Shown here one piece after another: positions 62,025-63,012 of a stretch of DNA of 63,012 nucleotides. A program made the position numbers and the translations under genes. The notes below the pieces were generated by a model. That model worked only from the letters and a program-made list of their open reading frames with translations, was not told the DNA's origin and made no database searches. Positions within the stretch are counted from its first letter, which is position 1. Every line of letters starts with the position of its first letter. Source of the stretch: Alphaproteobacteria bacterium (lineage in GTDB: Bacteria; Pseudomonadota; Alphaproteobacteria; Rs-D84); contig JAFZUT010000006.1 of NCBI GenBank assembly GCA_017618175.1, forward strand, positions 1 through 63,012, written 5' to 3'.

Positions 62025-62453
62025 ATGTTAAAAATCTGGACAGACGGCAGTTGCCTGGGCAACCCCGGCCCTGGCGGGTGGGCATTCGTTGCAACCGACG
62101 GAAAAAATATTGCACACCGCAGTGGTGGTGAAGCCAACACCACAAACAATCGTATGGAATTGATGGCGGTTATTCGCGCAATTACCGCGGCACATCGCCA
62201 CAGTGAAATAGAAATTCACACCGACAGCCAATATGTAAAAAACGGTATGCAAACATGGATAAAAAATTGGCGCAAGAATAATTGGCGCACTGCGGATAAA
62301 AAGCCGGTAAAAAACCAAGACCTGTGGCAGAAACTGGATGAATTGGCGGGTGCGATAAAAATTCATTGGGTTTGGGTACGTGGCCACAACGGCGAAGAAT
62401 TTAACGAAATGTGTGACACGCTTGCACGCACCGCCGCCGAGAAATTGAAATAA
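62025..62453 (+). CDS. rnhA: Ribonuclease HI
   Basis: TDGSCLGNPGPGGW, TTNNRMEL, TDSQY and WVRGH motifs. Confidence 0.96.
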   Translation: MLKIWTDGSCLGNPGPGGWAFVATDGKNIAHRSGGEANTTNNRMELMAVIRAITAAHRHSEIEIHTDSQYVKNGMQTWIKNWRKNNWRTADKKPVKNQDLWQKLDELAGAIKIHWVWVRGHNGEEFNEMCDTLARTAAEKLK

Positions 62454-62462
62454 ATTTTATAT

Positions 62463-62491
62463 AAAAATACCCGCATCTGCGGGTATTTTTT
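62463..62491. terminator. Bidirectional intrinsic terminator
   Basis: AAAAATACCCGCA-TC-TGCGGGTATTTTT. Confidence 0.75.
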
Positions 62492-63008
62492 AGCACTCAC
62501 CTATACCGCAAATGCCATTGTTACATACTTCGCTGTGGCATCCGTTATTTGGATCGTACCCTGGACAATCAGCATCCACCGTGCAACGTACCGTACCATA
62601 CCACGGTTCATCACAATTATATGATGGTTCACCAACCCCCATCAATAAACAGTTATTATTGGAATCATATTCCGTACAATATATATTTGGCATCGAATTA
62701 TACACACATTCTGTTGCACGATATGCAACATCCGCCGTCACCAATTTATCCGCATCGGTACTTGAATCATAACCATTTGTTCCATCAAAAATTCCACGTT
62801 CACCGATTGTGCCGGCGGTGGATGTATATGTTACAACGGTGTCGCCGGGTGTTGATGCATTCGTTCCGGTCGCCGGTATTTTATTTTGTTTCAATGCATC
62901 TTGGGCATCAACATAATCTTTGGATGTAACCGTGGATGAAGTTGCCAGAACTGAATTGATTGTAATAACCGATGCAATTGCACCGAATGCAAGAATTGAA
63001 ATTCTCAT
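62490..63008 (-). CDS. Secreted Cys-rich protein, family member 7 (MRISIL type)
   Basis: Conserved N-terminus; body similar to 24683-25189; upstream region lies beyond the window end. Confidence 0.85.
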   Translation of the reverse strand: MRISILAFGAIASVITINSVLATSSTVTSKDYVDAQDALKQNKIPATGTNASTPGDTVVTYTSTAGTIGERGIFDGTNGYDSSTDADKLVTADVAYRATECVYNSMPNIYCTEYDSNNNCLLMGVGEPSYNCDEPWYGTVRCTVDADCPGYDPNNGCHSEVCNNGICGIGEC

Positions 63009-63012
63009 ATTC

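Overview
Gene-dense chromosomal window, most likely from a small-genome alphaproteobacterium (inferred from gene content and protein sequences; a host- or gut-associated lineage is plausible but unproven). It carries housekeeping genes (tyrS, pth, polA, prmC, ftsH, tilS, rpsB-tsf, groES-groEL, clpB, rpmB, recO, rpsF-rpsR-rplI, tkt, rnhA), an alpha-2-macroglobulin/pbpC pair, a surface-glycan cluster and two tRNA-Leu genes, one with the rare AAG anticodon. The main finding is a dispersed family of seven secreted, Cys-motif proteins sharing an N-terminus (..IGAIASV...TVTS[RK]xYVDxQDALKQ). The six whose upstream DNA is in the window all sit behind an 85-86 bp segment bounded by palindromic (A)nGGTACC(T)n sites. 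The same segment occurs in opposite orientations behind the same leader at two loci, and two segment types are swapped between near-identical flanks. One end of the segment supplies a TGGACA -35 box exactly 17 bp from a fixed TG-extended -10 box. This looks like a multi-locus invertible-promoter (phase or antigenic variation) system whose recombinase is not in the window.
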